From IMG/VR virus record IMGVR_UViG_3300020037_003256, positions 155,271-219,270 of that record: 64,000 bases of DNA; one strand, given 5' to 3'. Each line of letters begins with the position of its first letter. The stretch's first letter is position 1. The notes beneath the pieces are model-generated. The model did not search any database. It saw only the letters and a program-made list of their open reading frames with translations, and was not told the DNA's origin. Position numbers and translations under genes: made by a program. Source of the DNA: a virus. Lineage: Duplodnaviria > Caudoviricetes. This document shows, piece after piece, positions 29,658-39,204 of the stretch.

Positions 29658-29964
29658 TTTCACATTCCTTGAACAAATTAATAACGAGGTTACGGGATCG
29701 TAGCTCACGTAATGCTGCGATACCAAACAAACGATTGCCTAACGCTACAACTTTGCGCTCGAGCGCACTGTCGCACAGGAATTCCAAAACAGCTAACGCC
29801 AGTTTAAATTCCGTTGCGTACGGACTTCTTGCTGCAGCGTGCGTAAGTTGCACAACTGCGGCAAGAGGCGAACGTATGTATCCGCTTTTAATGTCCGCCT
29901 CGACGCCGTCTACAAGCTTGGCAATCTCTTCGACCAACAAACCTTGCCGCTCTTGTTCTTCCAT
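29593..29964 (-). CDS. Hypothetical protein
   Basis: ATG immediately follows dyad motif copy 3. Confidence 0.55.
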   Translation of the reverse strand: MEEQERQGLLVEEIAKLVDGVEADIKSGYIRSPLAAVVQLTHAAARSPYATEFKLALAVLEFLCDSALERKVVALGNRLFGIAALRELRSRNLVINLFKECENGEEQKSNQQEDRQKDQQERT

Positions 29965-29986
29965 TTTAAAAACCGTTTTTTAGAAT
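29963..29986 (-). promoter_or_regulatory. Conserved 24-bp dyad motif, copy 3
   Basis: attttaaaaaccgttttttagaat; contains the upstream stop and abuts the downstream ATG. Confidence 0.75.
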
Positions 29987-30102
29987 TCGTTGAGCGGGTT
30001 CGGATTCTCTCCAATAGCTGCATTTTCTAGCTCTTCTGCCACTGTCTGCAGAAGAGCTAGTTGTGCCTCCAAATCGTCTTCAGGCTCAACAGGTGGGTCC
30101 AT
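29980..30102 (-). CDS. Small acidic protein (40 aa, not in ORF track)
   Basis: MDPPVEPEDDLEAQLALLQTVAEELENAAIGENPNPLNEF; TAATG coupling to upstream gene. Confidence 0.5.
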   Translation of the reverse strand: MDPPVEPEDDLEAQLALLQTVAEELENAAIGENPNPLNEF

Positions 30103-30377
30103 TAGGTTATTTCCAGATCACCGTTCTCCCGCACCTTGATATTGCATACAGAAGGGCAGGTACGTTTACCGTCAGACCACAACACGTGCAGGCGACAACT
30201 AGCAGTGTCGCCTGCCTGCGTAAACGACGTAGCTACTACTTTTCCGGCTAGCGTAGCTACGTTGGACTCTGCTTTACCGTAAACACGTTTGCCGCAATAG
30301 CGATTATCTGCCACAGCTTGCGCTGCTAGTCTCGCAAACATGTCCTTGCGATTCTTGTTGTTCTTGTACATGCACAC
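30102..30377 (-). CDS. Hypothetical protein
   Basis: ORF in operon. Confidence 0.55.
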   Translation of the reverse strand: MCMYKNNKNRKDMFARLAAQAVADNRYCGKRVYGKAESNVATLAGKVVATSFTQAGDTASCRLHVLWSDGKRTCPSVCNIKVRENGDLEIT

Positions 30378-30669
30378 CCTCCAACAACCAGTTCTGTTCT
30401 ATGAACTTTACTTCCGCAGCGACGGCGTCTGCGTAGTTATCGAACGTACTGGTTAGACAAACCGCAAGGTCGGCGTTACTGCTAATGTCCGCAAGTAACG
30501 ACATATCCACGTAGAACTGTCCCGTTCTAGGACCTTCAGTAATAACTTCAACACGACTTGCCCTACGTGGTAGCATGCCTGACTTACGCAATTGCGGACC
30601 GGCTGTATCTTGCCAGATTGCTCTGACCGTGCCGTCCTTGCGATAAACTTTGAAGATCCTGGCCTTCAT
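30304..30669 (-). CDS. Small protein of the Planctomycete-type AAA/DUF1257/DUF2997 cassette
   Basis: DGTVRAIW...RRASRVE...FYVDMS...F....DAVAAEVKFIEQNWL, recognised from that cassette. Confidence 0.6.
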   Translation of the reverse strand: MKARIFKVYRKDGTVRAIWQDTAGPQLRKSGMLPRRASRVEVITEGPRTGQFYVDMSLLADISSNADLAVCLTSTFDNYADAVAAEVKFIEQNWLLEGVHVQEQQESQGHVCETSSASCGR

Positions 30670-32075
30670 ACTTTACCCATTAATGATGGTTTAATACACC
30701 TACGTCGCTTATGCGTATCCTTCACTGTGGCAACTTGGTCTTCCAACGACGCTACCACATCCACGATTACCTTGGATACGGCTGCTTTTGCTTCTTCGTC
30801 AGATTTCAACGTCGACACTAACAGCTGTGCCGCTTTGCTGGTCGAAGCGTACGTGTTGACTTTCTTTGCGGCCAACAAGCTATCCAACAGCGGCGAGAAG
30901 GCCTCTACCATTTGCTCGCCGTAAACGCCCAGCATCTTCGCCTTCTTGTCTCGAAATGCTGTCAGCTGCGTTACGATGTTTTCCACAACGCTTGGATAGA
31001 TCTTTTTCTTTTCCGCTGTGGTTTGTGGACGAAAATCCGAATTAAACTTGTTTTCGGGTACAGGGCCTATCCATTTCGATATGCTGGTGTTGTCGTCGCC
31101 TTTGTACCGAATGAGTGCCTTAACGGCTCCGGCTGGAATAGTATTGTCGTTCTCGCTAGTGACACGCTTGATGATCTCGCCTTCGTACATTTCACCAAAC
31201 GGACCCTTCGCAGAGGGGTAGACTTTGACACGGTTTGAAAGCTCGCCCAGAAACGTCATCATCTGGTCCGTAAGCTCATTAACCGCGTACGTCATCGCCG
31301 TCTCCACCGTACCAGACAATCCAGCATCAATCCGCTGGATAGCCCGCTCCTGCAGCAATGCAGGTAGTTTTTCCGATACGTGATACTCACTGAAGCTAAT
31401 CACGTATACCGGTTTTTCGTTCTCGTAGCGTATCGACCCGTCCGGATTACGTTCCTTCGCTACACCTACGACAAGATTCAAATCCTTCGGGTAGACCGAC
31501 TCGTCCCACGCTTCTCCTGCGTTCTCTTTGTCCATTTGCATTACAGACGGTACGGGACGATCGTCTGCGTCGTAAGTCGTTTCGCGCATAGCCACCTGTA
31601 GACGCTCCACACAGAGATCAATCTGCTGAGCTTTAGCTACGAATAACGAGTAGAACTCAGGAATGTCTTTGTCCCAGATCAGACGCTTGCCGCCTTCGAT
31701 CGTTACCTTGTCAGAGTCTCCCGTTTTTACCTCAGCCGCGCGAACAATGGTCCAGGTGTCCCGCAGCTGTTCTAGTTCTCTGATTACTTGATTCAGTTCT
31801 TTGACTGTTGGATGTTCTGACGTGAACATGCTCCAAGATGCTCGAACACCGCGTTGCTTCCCAGACACGCTAGCGGCAACGCGCTCGCTTAACTTCCCCT
31901 TAATTTTGCGGCTCTTCGGCAGACCATGAACCGTGAAGCTCATTTCCATGGTTCGACCGCGAAGAAGCTCGATAACCTCCTGGTGTTGAGTTTCGGAAAC
32001 CGGGTTGATTGCCTTATTGGTTTTATTGGCAATCGCTTTTAAGTTTGTAACTATAGTGCTCATTTTTATCCACAT
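30666..32075 (-). CDS. DUF3150-like protein
   Basis: MSFTVHG...HPTVK...GKRLI...GEAWDESVYP pattern; follows the AAA gene. Confidence 0.55.
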   Translation of the reverse strand: MWIKMSTIVTNLKAIANKTNKAINPVSETQHQEVIELLRGRTMEMSFTVHGLPKSRKIKGKLSERVAASVSGKQRGVRASWSMFTSEHPTVKELNQVIRELEQLRDTWTIVRAAEVKTGDSDKVTIEGGKRLIWDKDIPEFYSLFVAKAQQIDLCVERLQVAMRETTYDADDRPVPSVMQMDKENAGEAWDESVYPKDLNLVVGVAKERNPDGSIRYENEKPVYVISFSEYHVSEKLPALLQERAIQRIDAGLSGTVETAMTYAVNELTDQMMTFLGELSNRVKVYPSAKGPFGEMYEGEIIKRVTSENDNTIPAGAVKALIRYKGDDNTSISKWIGPVPENKFNSDFRPQTTAEKKKIYPSVVENIVTQLTAFRDKKAKMLGVYGEQMVEAFSPLLDSLLAAKKVNTYASTSKAAQLLVSTLKSDEEAKAAVSKVIVDVVASLEDQVATVKDTHKRRRCIKPSLMGKV

Positions 32076-32083
32076 CCTATGCG

Positions 32084-32117
32084 CAACAAAAGAGGACCTA
32101 GAATTACCCAGGTCCTC
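32084..32117 (-). terminator. Intrinsic terminator
   Basis: gaggacctgg/ctaggtcctc stem followed by TTTTGTT. Confidence 0.7.
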
Positions 32118-32134
32118 AGTAACAGCGTATGAGC

Positions 32135-34096
32135 CTAGTCAGCCTTTCTGACTTTCCTACGAGGTTTCTTAAATACACGTACCGTATTTCCGGTCTGCGT
32201 ATCTTCGGTATTTACGGCATCTCGACGATACAACTCACCCGTCTCGGCGTCTAACGCCGCTTCTTCTGCCCAATCTTCCAGGTGCAAGATTACATTTGCA
32301 GCAGATACGCTAACTGGACGTATACGCATTTGCGTCTTAGTTAACGGTTCTCCCAGTATCCGAGACAACCGGCAACACGCACGTATTTCTGCCGGAGACC
32401 AACCGTCATCCGCGACCAGCGATATCATATCTGCAACGGCACTACTTACTTCTTGGATTTGGGTCATCCATTGCTGCCGTTCGTCTACGTCAGCGATACA
32501 CATAAGCGACAAGGTAAACTTATTAGCCCAATCCTCTACGTTTACTTTTTTGGCCTTTCGCAATGCGTGAAGTACAGTCTCTACGTCTGTTGAGATATGT
32601 CCCGGAAACCTTTCCATACTTCCGTTCAGTTTTACTTCTTCCGGAAAGAATTTCTTCCCGTACAGCCGCCACAGGGCTGCACGCTGCACAGGTCCCGGCA
32701 GCTTCACATAGAATACACCGTCAACACGTTCAGCACGAAAGAACGCTTCGTGCATTCTCCGAACGTCGTTTGCTGTAAACATCCAAAAGATTAACTCTTG
32801 GATGTCGTTCATAGCCGTAAGGAAGCTGCCTTCCATACGGGCACCGACGCCAGAGTCTCCACCGCTATTACGCGACTGCGGCATCACCTTCTCAACTTCG
32901 TCCACGACCGCTACACACGGAGAGTGTGCACGTAACAAATCAAAGCCTCGCCTGGTTCGAGCCTCGGATTCACCGACGTACTGTCCCATCCAGTTACCTG
33001 GGTTTACAAGCAAGATCGGAAGACCTAACTCGTTACCTGCCGCTTTAGCGATCAATGACTTCCCCGTACCCGGAGGTCCGCAAGCCAGTAAACCTTTCGC
33101 ACGTACATCCGGATCGCTCGCGTCGTACTCGCTTGGAGTTAACAGCTTAAGGATGTACTCTTTCATACCGTCCAGTCCGGCAACATCCTTGAAACTTTCT
33201 TTACCTTGATACAAGGTAACCAGGCCTTCCTTGTTCAAGATCTTGGACTTCTCGTTCCAGACGTATGCAGGGTCAACTGTCTTGTGTTGGACCATACTTG
33301 AAGCAAAGACACCTTCGGCCTGTAATCGCGTCAGGCCGCGAGCAAATCCGCAGATCTTCTTTCGCATTTCTGGCGACAAAAGATCTGTAGCGTTATCTTC
33401 GTCTTCCTCACTCTGATTTGCCGCACAGATGCCCGAAAGAATCTCGTCCAGCTCTTCTTCGTCTGGAAGTTCGTGGACAAGGTGTTTAAACAGCGGCGAG
33501 ACTTCTGGCGGGAGCTTAGTTTCTGCCGTACACAGACCTACGATGAACTTACCCGTATCTGAGTCTTCATCGATGTTGTTAGGTTTATAAAGTGTCTGCT
33601 TTAGCCCGCCCGGACCGTCATAAAGCTTGTGATCGCTCACCTTGTCCGTCGTAATATGCTGCAACACCGCTACGGCCATTTCCCTGTTCCGCTCGAACAG
33701 GTACTGGAAGTTCTTAATAACCAAGACAACGGACAGGACTTCACCCGGAACAGCTGGATCTATCTTCGCCGCTTCATTCCAGAAGTCCATGATACACTGC
33801 AGCGTGTTGGCAGGTCCCTGGGAGTTATTGCCAACTGCGGCAATCAAGTCGGCTGGCCCCTTAATAGGCCCCGGCGCTTTCGCCTCTGTCTTCTTTTCCA
33901 GCAGCATAGAACCGTTCGCAACTGCAAGGGATTGCACGCCAACCAGCGGATCAAATATCCGCAGTTCCCAGCCGTGTTTTTGGCATACGCTTACCAGCGT
34001 ACCCACACAGTCCTGTACTTCGTCGGTGTCGATCCGGATGGCGGCCTCGCCGGCACCAACGGCTACAGCAAACTCTTTACGAAGATTGCGTCGCAT
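32135..34096 (-). CDS. Ycf46-like AAA+ ATPase
   Basis: GLTRLQAE, FKDVAGLDGMK, GPPGTGKSLIAKA, GQYVGESE, VVDEVEK, TAND, R.ERVD and GWSPAEI. Confidence 0.88.
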   Translation of the reverse strand: MRRNLRKEFAVAVGAGEAAIRIDTDEVQDCVGTLVSVCQKHGWELRIFDPLVGVQSLAVANGSMLLEKKTEAKAPGPIKGPADLIAAVGNNSQGPANTLQCIMDFWNEAAKIDPAVPGEVLSVVLVIKNFQYLFERNREMAVAVLQHITTDKVSDHKLYDGPGGLKQTLYKPNNIDEDSDTGKFIVGLCTAETKLPPEVSPLFKHLVHELPDEEELDEILSGICAANQSEEDEDNATDLLSPEMRKKICGFARGLTRLQAEGVFASSMVQHKTVDPAYVWNEKSKILNKEGLVTLYQGKESFKDVAGLDGMKEYILKLLTPSEYDASDPDVRAKGLLACGPPGTGKSLIAKAAGNELGLPILLVNPGNWMGQYVGESEARTRRGFDLLRAHSPCVAVVDEVEKVMPQSRNSGGDSGVGARMEGSFLTAMNDIQELIFWMFTANDVRRMHEAFFRAERVDGVFYVKLPGPVQRAALWRLYGKKFFPEEVKLNGSMERFPGHISTDVETVLHALRKAKKVNVEDWANKFTLSLMCIADVDERQQWMTQIQEVSSAVADMISLVADDGWSPAEIRACCRLSRILGEPLTKTQMRIRPVSVSAANVILHLEDWAEEAALDAETGELYRRDAVNTEDTQTGNTVRVFKKPRRKVRKAD

Positions 34097-34097
34097 A

Positions 34098-34310
34098 TCA
34101 CTCTCCTAGGCGAATAGAGTCGATACGGACGCTTTGGTCACTCGACTCTAATGCCTCAGCGGTTGGGGTCTTTTTGATCTGCCCAGGAATCTCCCGAGCT
34201 TCGTACGGTGCTGTAGCAACGTGGCATGCACCACCGGGGAGGCCTACGACTTTTCTGATTTTCGTTCCGTCTTTTCCGTAAACGGTAACGATTACTGGCT
34301 GTCCTAACAT
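34098..34310 (-). CDS. DUF2997-like protein
   Basis: DGTKIRKVVGLPGGACHVATAPYEA; SD AGGAG; adjacent to the AAA gene. Confidence 0.65.
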   Translation of the reverse strand: MLGQPVIVTVYGKDGTKIRKVVGLPGGACHVATAPYEAREIPGQIKKTPTAEALESSDQSVRIDSIRLGE

Positions 34311-34318
34311 AGGAGCTC

Positions 34319-34807
34319 CTAACCGACAGTTAGCTTGTAGATCGCATATGACGTGAACAGGTGGAACGTATTGTCCACCACGACAATGGACCACGGGGAC
34401 AATGCCCCTGTGGCGAACTTCTTTTGTCCGGCCCGCATCATCCACTTGCGCGCTAAGCCAAACCGATCAATGACCCAGTGCGTTGCAAAACACACTAACA
34501 ACCCTTGCCATGTAACCCACTGCCCGCAAAACATATAGAAGGCCAGAGTGTACAGCAGACAGTGTACGGTACAGGCCAAGTTCCCTACCCACCATTTACG
34601 CTTAATAGCGTCCCACTCGCTTCGCTCTTCCACTGTGCCCGCTGTCGTGTACGTATAAATACCACCCTCGGCGTCAAACGTTATAACATAGGTACACGGT
34701 CTTTCACCGGACGGATACGGATTAGCTTTGTTACTGGCCATCCAGTCGTTCTGTAGCAGATAATCACCGAACAGGTGTGCTATCAAGATAGAGAATCCCG
34801 GGTCCAT
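34319..34807 (-). CDS. DUF3307-like membrane protein
   Basis: AHLFGDYLLQNDWMA..K, HCLLY, THWVID and DNTFH. Confidence 0.75.
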   Translation of the reverse strand: MDPGFSILIAHLFGDYLLQNDWMASNKANPYPSGERPCTYVITFDAEGGIYTYTTAGTVEERSEWDAIKRKWWVGNLACTVHCLLYTLAFYMFCGQWVTWQGLLVCFATHWVIDRFGLARKWMMRAGQKKFATGALSPWSIVVVDNTFHLFTSYAIYKLTVG

Positions 34808-34820
34808 ACTTCTCCTAGTG

Positions 34821-35303
34821 TTAACAAGTACAACGGAAATTAGGTCGTCGCGTTCGGTATACGCCTTGTGGTGCTTTATGCCCGGTTACAGTCTCAAAGT
34901 GCGCCCAAAGTTCTTCACTGTAATCCGAAAAACAAGGCGTATCAAGCGACAGGACGATCTCGCCCTCTCGTAGTACGTTTCCTTCTTCGTCTTCGTCGCC
35001 TACAGCCTCTTCGGTGTGCGCCTTCAAGAACGCTATTAACCGTCCAAGACCAACCTCGCTATCGTTTACCGGGTCCAAAGGCTCCTTTTGAAACAAATAC
35101 GTTTTGAAATCATCATGCTTATCCGCGAAATTTTTTAGCCAACGACACGCTGGTACGTATTTGCGTTGACGCTCTGCTTCTTCGTGCTCTCCATGTTCGT
35201 CTAACCAATCTGCGAAAACCAAACGTGCAGAGTCGTCGTACCACGGCAAGGCGGCGATGGCTCGGATAAACGTTAACCGTTCTTGCTTATACGCATCGCT
35301 CAT
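34821..35303 (-). CDS. TIGR02996 domain protein
   Basis: FIRAIAALPWYDDSARLVFADWLDEHGE. Confidence 0.85.
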   Translation of the reverse strand: MSDAYKQERLTFIRAIAALPWYDDSARLVFADWLDEHGEHEEAERQRKYVPACRWLKNFADKHDDFKTYLFQKEPLDPVNDSEVGLGRLIAFLKAHTEEAVGDEDEEGNVLREGEIVLSLDTPCFSDYSEELWAHFETVTGHKAPQGVYRTRRPNFRCTC

Positions 35304-35320
35304 GCCTAGTTCTCCTGATG

Positions 35321-35800
35321 TTAACAAGAACATCGCAAAGGCGGTGGTTCCTTACGCCAGTCGTTATTCGGTGCCTTCAGTCCTGTGACCACTTCGAAGT
35401 GCGTCCAAAGTTCGTCACTGTAGTCCAACGAGACATAAGGTGTGTCAAACGGCAGGTGTACTGATTTATCGTAATCGTATTTATCATCGTCGTCGTTTCC
35501 GTTTGCTGTACTTTTCGCGTGGGCTGCTAAGTAACACAGCAAACGGTCTATGCCGCTGTTCGGATACTGCAGATTGTGTACAGGTGGTCCTGTAAGTTGT
35601 TCAGAATCGTACCTGTCGTCGAAATCGTCGTATTTGTTTGCAACAGCGCGCAACCATTTCTCGGACGTAAGCCATCGCCGTTGCCGGTCGGCTTCGTCGT
35701 GCTCTCCGTGTTCGTCTAGCCAGTCTGCGAAGACTAACCTTGCGGAATCGTCGTCCCACGGCAGTTCATTGATTGCCCTGAGGAATGCTTCCCTCTCCAT
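35321..35800 (-). CDS. TIGR02996 domain protein (tandem paralogue)
   Basis: FLRAINELPWDDDSARLVFADWLDEHGE. Confidence 0.85.
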   Translation of the reverse strand: MEREAFLRAINELPWDDDSARLVFADWLDEHGEHDEADRQRRWLTSEKWLRAVANKYDDFDDRYDSEQLTGPPVHNLQYPNSGIDRLLCYLAAHAKSTANGNDDDDKYDYDKSVHLPFDTPYVSLDYSDELWTHFEVVTGLKAPNNDWRKEPPPLRCSC

Positions 35801-36143
35801 CTGTCGGTTTCTCCTTTTGGCCAAACCCTTCGGGGAAGGTCAGCTGGAAGCTTGGATGGCTCCAGACGTGGCGTAGGCTCGTAATCGTGTTAGGATATAC
35901 GAACAAAAACACGCGACTACCGCCCAACACAGGTTCTTTCAGAAATGGGTCTATAATACCAATACAGTCTGCCGGGTCCCTAGCCGCGACGATCTTTCTT
36001 TCGCCTTTAATCACGAATCCTACGTGCTGCCCGGGTTGCAGTGGTTCAGCTGCGATGACCGGAACGACTGGAATGTGGATCGCGTCTCGGCGATTTTCAT
36101 CTGCAGGTAGAGTCTTTCCAATTAGGCTAATAACGTCTTGCAT
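35766..36143 (-). CDS. Conserved phage hypothetical protein
   Basis: RDAIHIPV...GIIDPFL...PNTITSLRHVWSHP. Confidence 0.65.
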   Translation of the reverse strand: MQDVISLIGKTLPADENRRDAIHIPVVPVIAAEPLQPGQHVGFVIKGERKIVAARDPADCIGIIDPFLKEPVLGGSRVFLFVYPNTITSLRHVWSHPSFQLTFPEGFGQKEKPTDGEGSIPQGNQ

Positions 36144-36150
36144 AGGTTTC

Positions 36151-36735
36151 CTAACTCATAGCTTGTATACGCTCACCGGACGCGATACTGACCCAAGTCT
36201 GGTCATCGTCGCTTGGTGGGAATAGCATAGGGTAGTTTTTGCTAGCTTGTTTAAGTGTCAGCACTTCCAACGTGTCGCCAACCTGTTTGGCCGCGAGTAT
36301 ATCGCAAGCGATATCGTAGTTACGTTTTAAATCCGGACATAGCATTTTAACGCTACGTTGCTGCTTGTCGTTGAACAGGGGGCTGCCTACGGCTTTATCT
36401 AGCCCGTATCCGCCCATCCAGAAGTCATATACCGGGATCAGGCACCCTGGATTATTTGGATCATCCACCAAACCAATATCGTACGGCTTGGTAGTGATAC
36501 CCAATTTATCGTAATTGATCGGATCGATCTCGAACACGTACTTTGCGTTGTTTCCCAGGTCTCCAGGCTTCATTCCTTTTGGTAAAGGGTAGTCGCCCAT
36601 GTGCCGGTTAAACCAGTGATACGTGTTCCTTTCCACGATGCGACCGCCACAAGCTTGAGCGGCTAAGTTTAATGCTTCCATGTCTGCGAACATGGGCTCA
36701 CCGGCTTTTGTCTCCTGCGTTGCTACGTGACTCAT
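36151..36735 (-). CDS. DUF1257-like protein
   Basis: MSHV start, L..A....G, YDIGL and YDFWMGG; AAGGAG SD. Confidence 0.7.
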   Translation of the reverse strand: MSHVATQETKAGEPMFADMEALNLAAQACGGRIVERNTYHWFNRHMGDYPLPKGMKPGDLGNNAKYVFEIDPINYDKLGITTKPYDIGLVDDPNNPGCLIPVYDFWMGGYGLDKAVGSPLFNDKQQRSVKMLCPDLKRNYDIACDILAAKQVGDTLEVLTLKQASKNYPMLFPPSDDDQTWVSIASGERIQAMS

Positions 36736-36783
36736 ATGCGTACTCCTTAACGTAAACAGGCCGCCCTCGCGGACGGCCATTAA

Positions 36784-37029
36784 TCACTTATCCGGTATAT
36801 CAAGCTTGTTTAAGACAGTGTCTTGTACACCAAGCTTGTCTGCAGTATCGGTCGCGGCGAGCAGTTCTGCGTCTTGCCTTTCTCTTTCACATGCGACGCA
36901 TTCTACATTGCTGCCTTTACGTGTCACATGATTGTGGTTCTCGCAGTACTGCGACTTACAGGTGAGGCACTGCCATAGCTTTCCACCGCAGGAGACCTCA
37001 CCGTAATAACAACGATTAGTCGTCCGCAT
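36784..37029 (-). CDS. Small Cys/His zinc-binding protein
   Basis: C..C..CLTC...C.NH.H...CVAC. Confidence 0.6.
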   Translation of the reverse strand: MRTTNRCYYGEVSCGGKLWQCLTCKSQYCENHNHVTRKGSNVECVACERERQDAELLAATDTADKLGVQDTVLNKLDIPDK

Positions 37030-37534
37030 CCTCGACTTCTCCTAACTCTTCGTCTTCGTCGTCCCAAGGTTCCCCAGCATAGTCGTCATCGTCGTCAGCT
37101 TCAAATTCTTCGTCGTCATCATCATCGTCATCGTCGTCTTCAAATTCATCGTCTTCGTCTTCGTCTTCAAATTCTTCATCGTCTTCATCTTCAAATTCTT
37201 CGTCTTCATCGTCAAATTCTGCGTCGTCATCGTCTTCCTCCTCTTCGCTATCGTCGGGAGTGAATTCGTCTTCTTCTCCTGCGTAAGCGGATAAAAACGC
37301 TTCAGCTGCAGCTGCAGCGCTACCATGGTAAGCTGGCCCTGGTAGGTTAAACTGACTGCCGTTAGCCGCTTCTTCGATGAAGAGACTAAACGCACTTAGG
37401 AGTTTTGGCGTGCTGTTATCGGCCAAGAACTGCAATAGCACAGCACACTTTGTATTTGCATCCCAGCCTAGCTTGTGGGATTTGTCTTGCAAGATAGTTG
37501 CAAAACTGATGGTACCGTCTTTGGCGTTTGGCAT
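37016..37534 (-). CDS. Protein with long poly-acidic C-terminal tail
   Basis: About 85 C-terminal residues mostly D/E, with repeated EEFE units. Confidence 0.7.
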   Translation of the reverse strand: MPNAKDGTISFATILQDKSHKLGWDANTKCAVLLQFLADNSTPKLLSAFSLFIEEAANGSQFNLPGPAYHGSAAAAAEAFLSAYAGEEDEFTPDDSEEEEDDDDAEFDDEDEEFEDEDDEEFEDEDEDDEFEDDDDDDDDDEEFEADDDDDYAGEPWDDEDEELGEVEDADD

Positions 37535-37547
37535 AGCTTGGCCTTCC

Positions 37548-38342
37548 TTATAATACGTGTTCTGGTCCAAATGATTCTTGTTTCTTTCTTTGTTGTAAGA
37601 TCTTATCGATCTGCTTCTCTATCTCCACCGTGCTTCCATGCTGCAGTGGTAAATCGCTAAGTTGCATACGCAGACTCGTAAGTGCGTCTAGCAGCGTATC
37701 TTCTACTTCAGCTGTCTTCGCTTGCTGCGTCTCGTATATCCCCTTAAACATCTCCGGGTCGTCTGCAAAATCATACCGTACTTTCGAGGACAGGTCTCCG
37801 CCTATGGCTATCCTAAGTACGTCAGGAGGTGTCACATAACCTTCGTCCGCTAGCACTGCGCTAATGTAGTGCCTAATCTCGTCCGAGAACGGTTCATCTT
37901 CATCCGGGGGAGACAGCAACAAGGCTTCAGTTATTGCCCACGCACATTCAACTGAATCAGCTTTATCCCACGTACCCGGGTCAAACTCATCGCCGGCTAA
38001 CACATTGGCCAAATGAATAAAGGCCGCAACGTCTTTATAGAAAACATCCGTCGTGAACACCATCACGGCGGCTAAGAGCTTGTCTAGGTTACACTGCGGC
38101 AAACTTACACCGAACTTCTGCCGAATCTCCTGACGAAAAGTACTAGGATGCCAAGCTCCACGCTCCGGCTCGTCAGCGTCGTGCAGGCATTCCATACCAA
38201 ACGTATCGAGAACAATAACCAGGAGCACCGTTCCAAAAGTATCTCGATCGGTGAGTAGTTCGCGTATGCGTTCTGCCGGATTAGGCTTAGCCGGTTTCGC
38301 AGCCGGTTTCGCGGACGGTGGCATGATATTGAGATCCGGCAT
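37548..38342 (-). CDS. Hypothetical phage protein
   Basis: 264-aa ORF. Confidence 0.7.
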   Translation of the reverse strand: MPDLNIMPPSAKPAAKPAKPNPAERIRELLTDRDTFGTVLLVIVLDTFGMECLHDADEPERGAWHPSTFRQEIRQKFGVSLPQCNLDKLLAAVMVFTTDVFYKDVAAFIHLANVLAGDEFDPGTWDKADSVECAWAITEALLLSPPDEDEPFSDEIRHYISAVLADEGYVTPPDVLRIAIGGDLSSKVRYDFADDPEMFKGIYETQQAKTAEVEDTLLDALTSLRMQLSDLPLQHGSTVEIEKQIDKILQQRKKQESFGPEHVL

Positions 38343-38346
38343 AGCT

Positions 38347-38799
38347 CTAATCCTTTTTCAGCTTACGCAACCATTTCCGCTGTCGCAGATGTAGCGAAGT
38401 CACGTCACAGGTTACCAGCAACACAGCAGGTTCTGGTAATTGTGCCACAGATTCGTCCAACAGCATATCGTACCAATCTGTTTGTGTAGACCACCCGACC
38501 CAACGTTGCTCAGCGAATGTTACGAGTAGAACTGGTAAACTTTCCGAAGTTGCGCTTGTAAGCTCTTCCGTGAACTTACGCAACGCCGGATCTAATCTGA
38601 CCAAAATGGACCTTGCCTGAGCATCTGTTACAAAACCCAAGGCTCGCATAAACTCCCAGAGACCAGCTTTCAATACGTTTATTAGACTTATGTTTACGAG
38701 GTGTTCCGGAGTGCGTAAGTCTAATACCGTATGCACCATGACACGAACGTCTTGGCGACTTAGCGTCGGCAAGAGCGTCGCTAGATCGTCAATGTTCAT
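38347..38799 (-). CDS. Hypothetical protein
   Basis: TAATG coupling. Confidence 0.65.
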   Translation of the reverse strand: MNIDDLATLLPTLSRQDVRVMVHTVLDLRTPEHLVNISLINVLKAGLWEFMRALGFVTDAQARSILVRLDPALRKFTEELTSATSESLPVLLVTFAEQRWVGWSTQTDWYDMLLDESVAQLPEPAVLLVTCDVTSLHLRQRKWLRKLKKD

Positions 38800-39137
38800 T
38801 ATCGGATGGGTCGGGTTACGGGGACACTTACGCGATAACGGGCTGGCTGCATAAGCGGGTGTTGCGGGGCCAGTGGTTCGTTATTAGCCCCGCGTACCAT
38901 GTCGATCGGTACGCCTGCACTGTTTACAGGATACGGGCCTACGCGATTACCGTTCAGCAGCGCCGGAGCACAGCCACGCGTAGCTGCATATTGTTGTGCA
39001 AGTTCAATCGTTTCCTTGCTTTCCAGCTCCGTGAAAGCGTCAAGGAATGGAGGGCCACCGCGATCCGATTCTACGATCACCATACCTTTGCCGCAATCCG
39101 AGGAAAAAACGCATTCGTTGTCCACGATTTTCAACAT
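38799..39137 (-). CDS. Hypothetical protein
   Basis: GGAG SD. Confidence 0.65.
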   Translation of the reverse strand: MLKIVDNECVFSSDCGKGMVIVESDRGGPPFLDAFTELESKETIELAQQYAATRGCAPALLNGNRVGPYPVNSAGVPIDMVRGANNEPLAPQHPLMQPARYRVSVPVTRPIR

Positions 39138-39154
39138 ACAATTTGCTCCAATTC

Positions 39155-39178
39155 GTAAAGAAAAACCACGCTATGGCT
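39155..39178 (-). terminator. Terminator-like hairpin ending RNA element A
   Basis: AGCCAU-AGC-GUGGUU followed by UUUCUUUAC. Confidence 0.55.
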
Positions 39179-39204
39179 GAGCTGCTAATCTAAAGAATAG
39201 CGGT

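Noticed and set aside
37040-37280. Trinucleotide-like repeat as a non-coding element
   Set aside because: Explained by Asp/Glu codons of the acidic protein.
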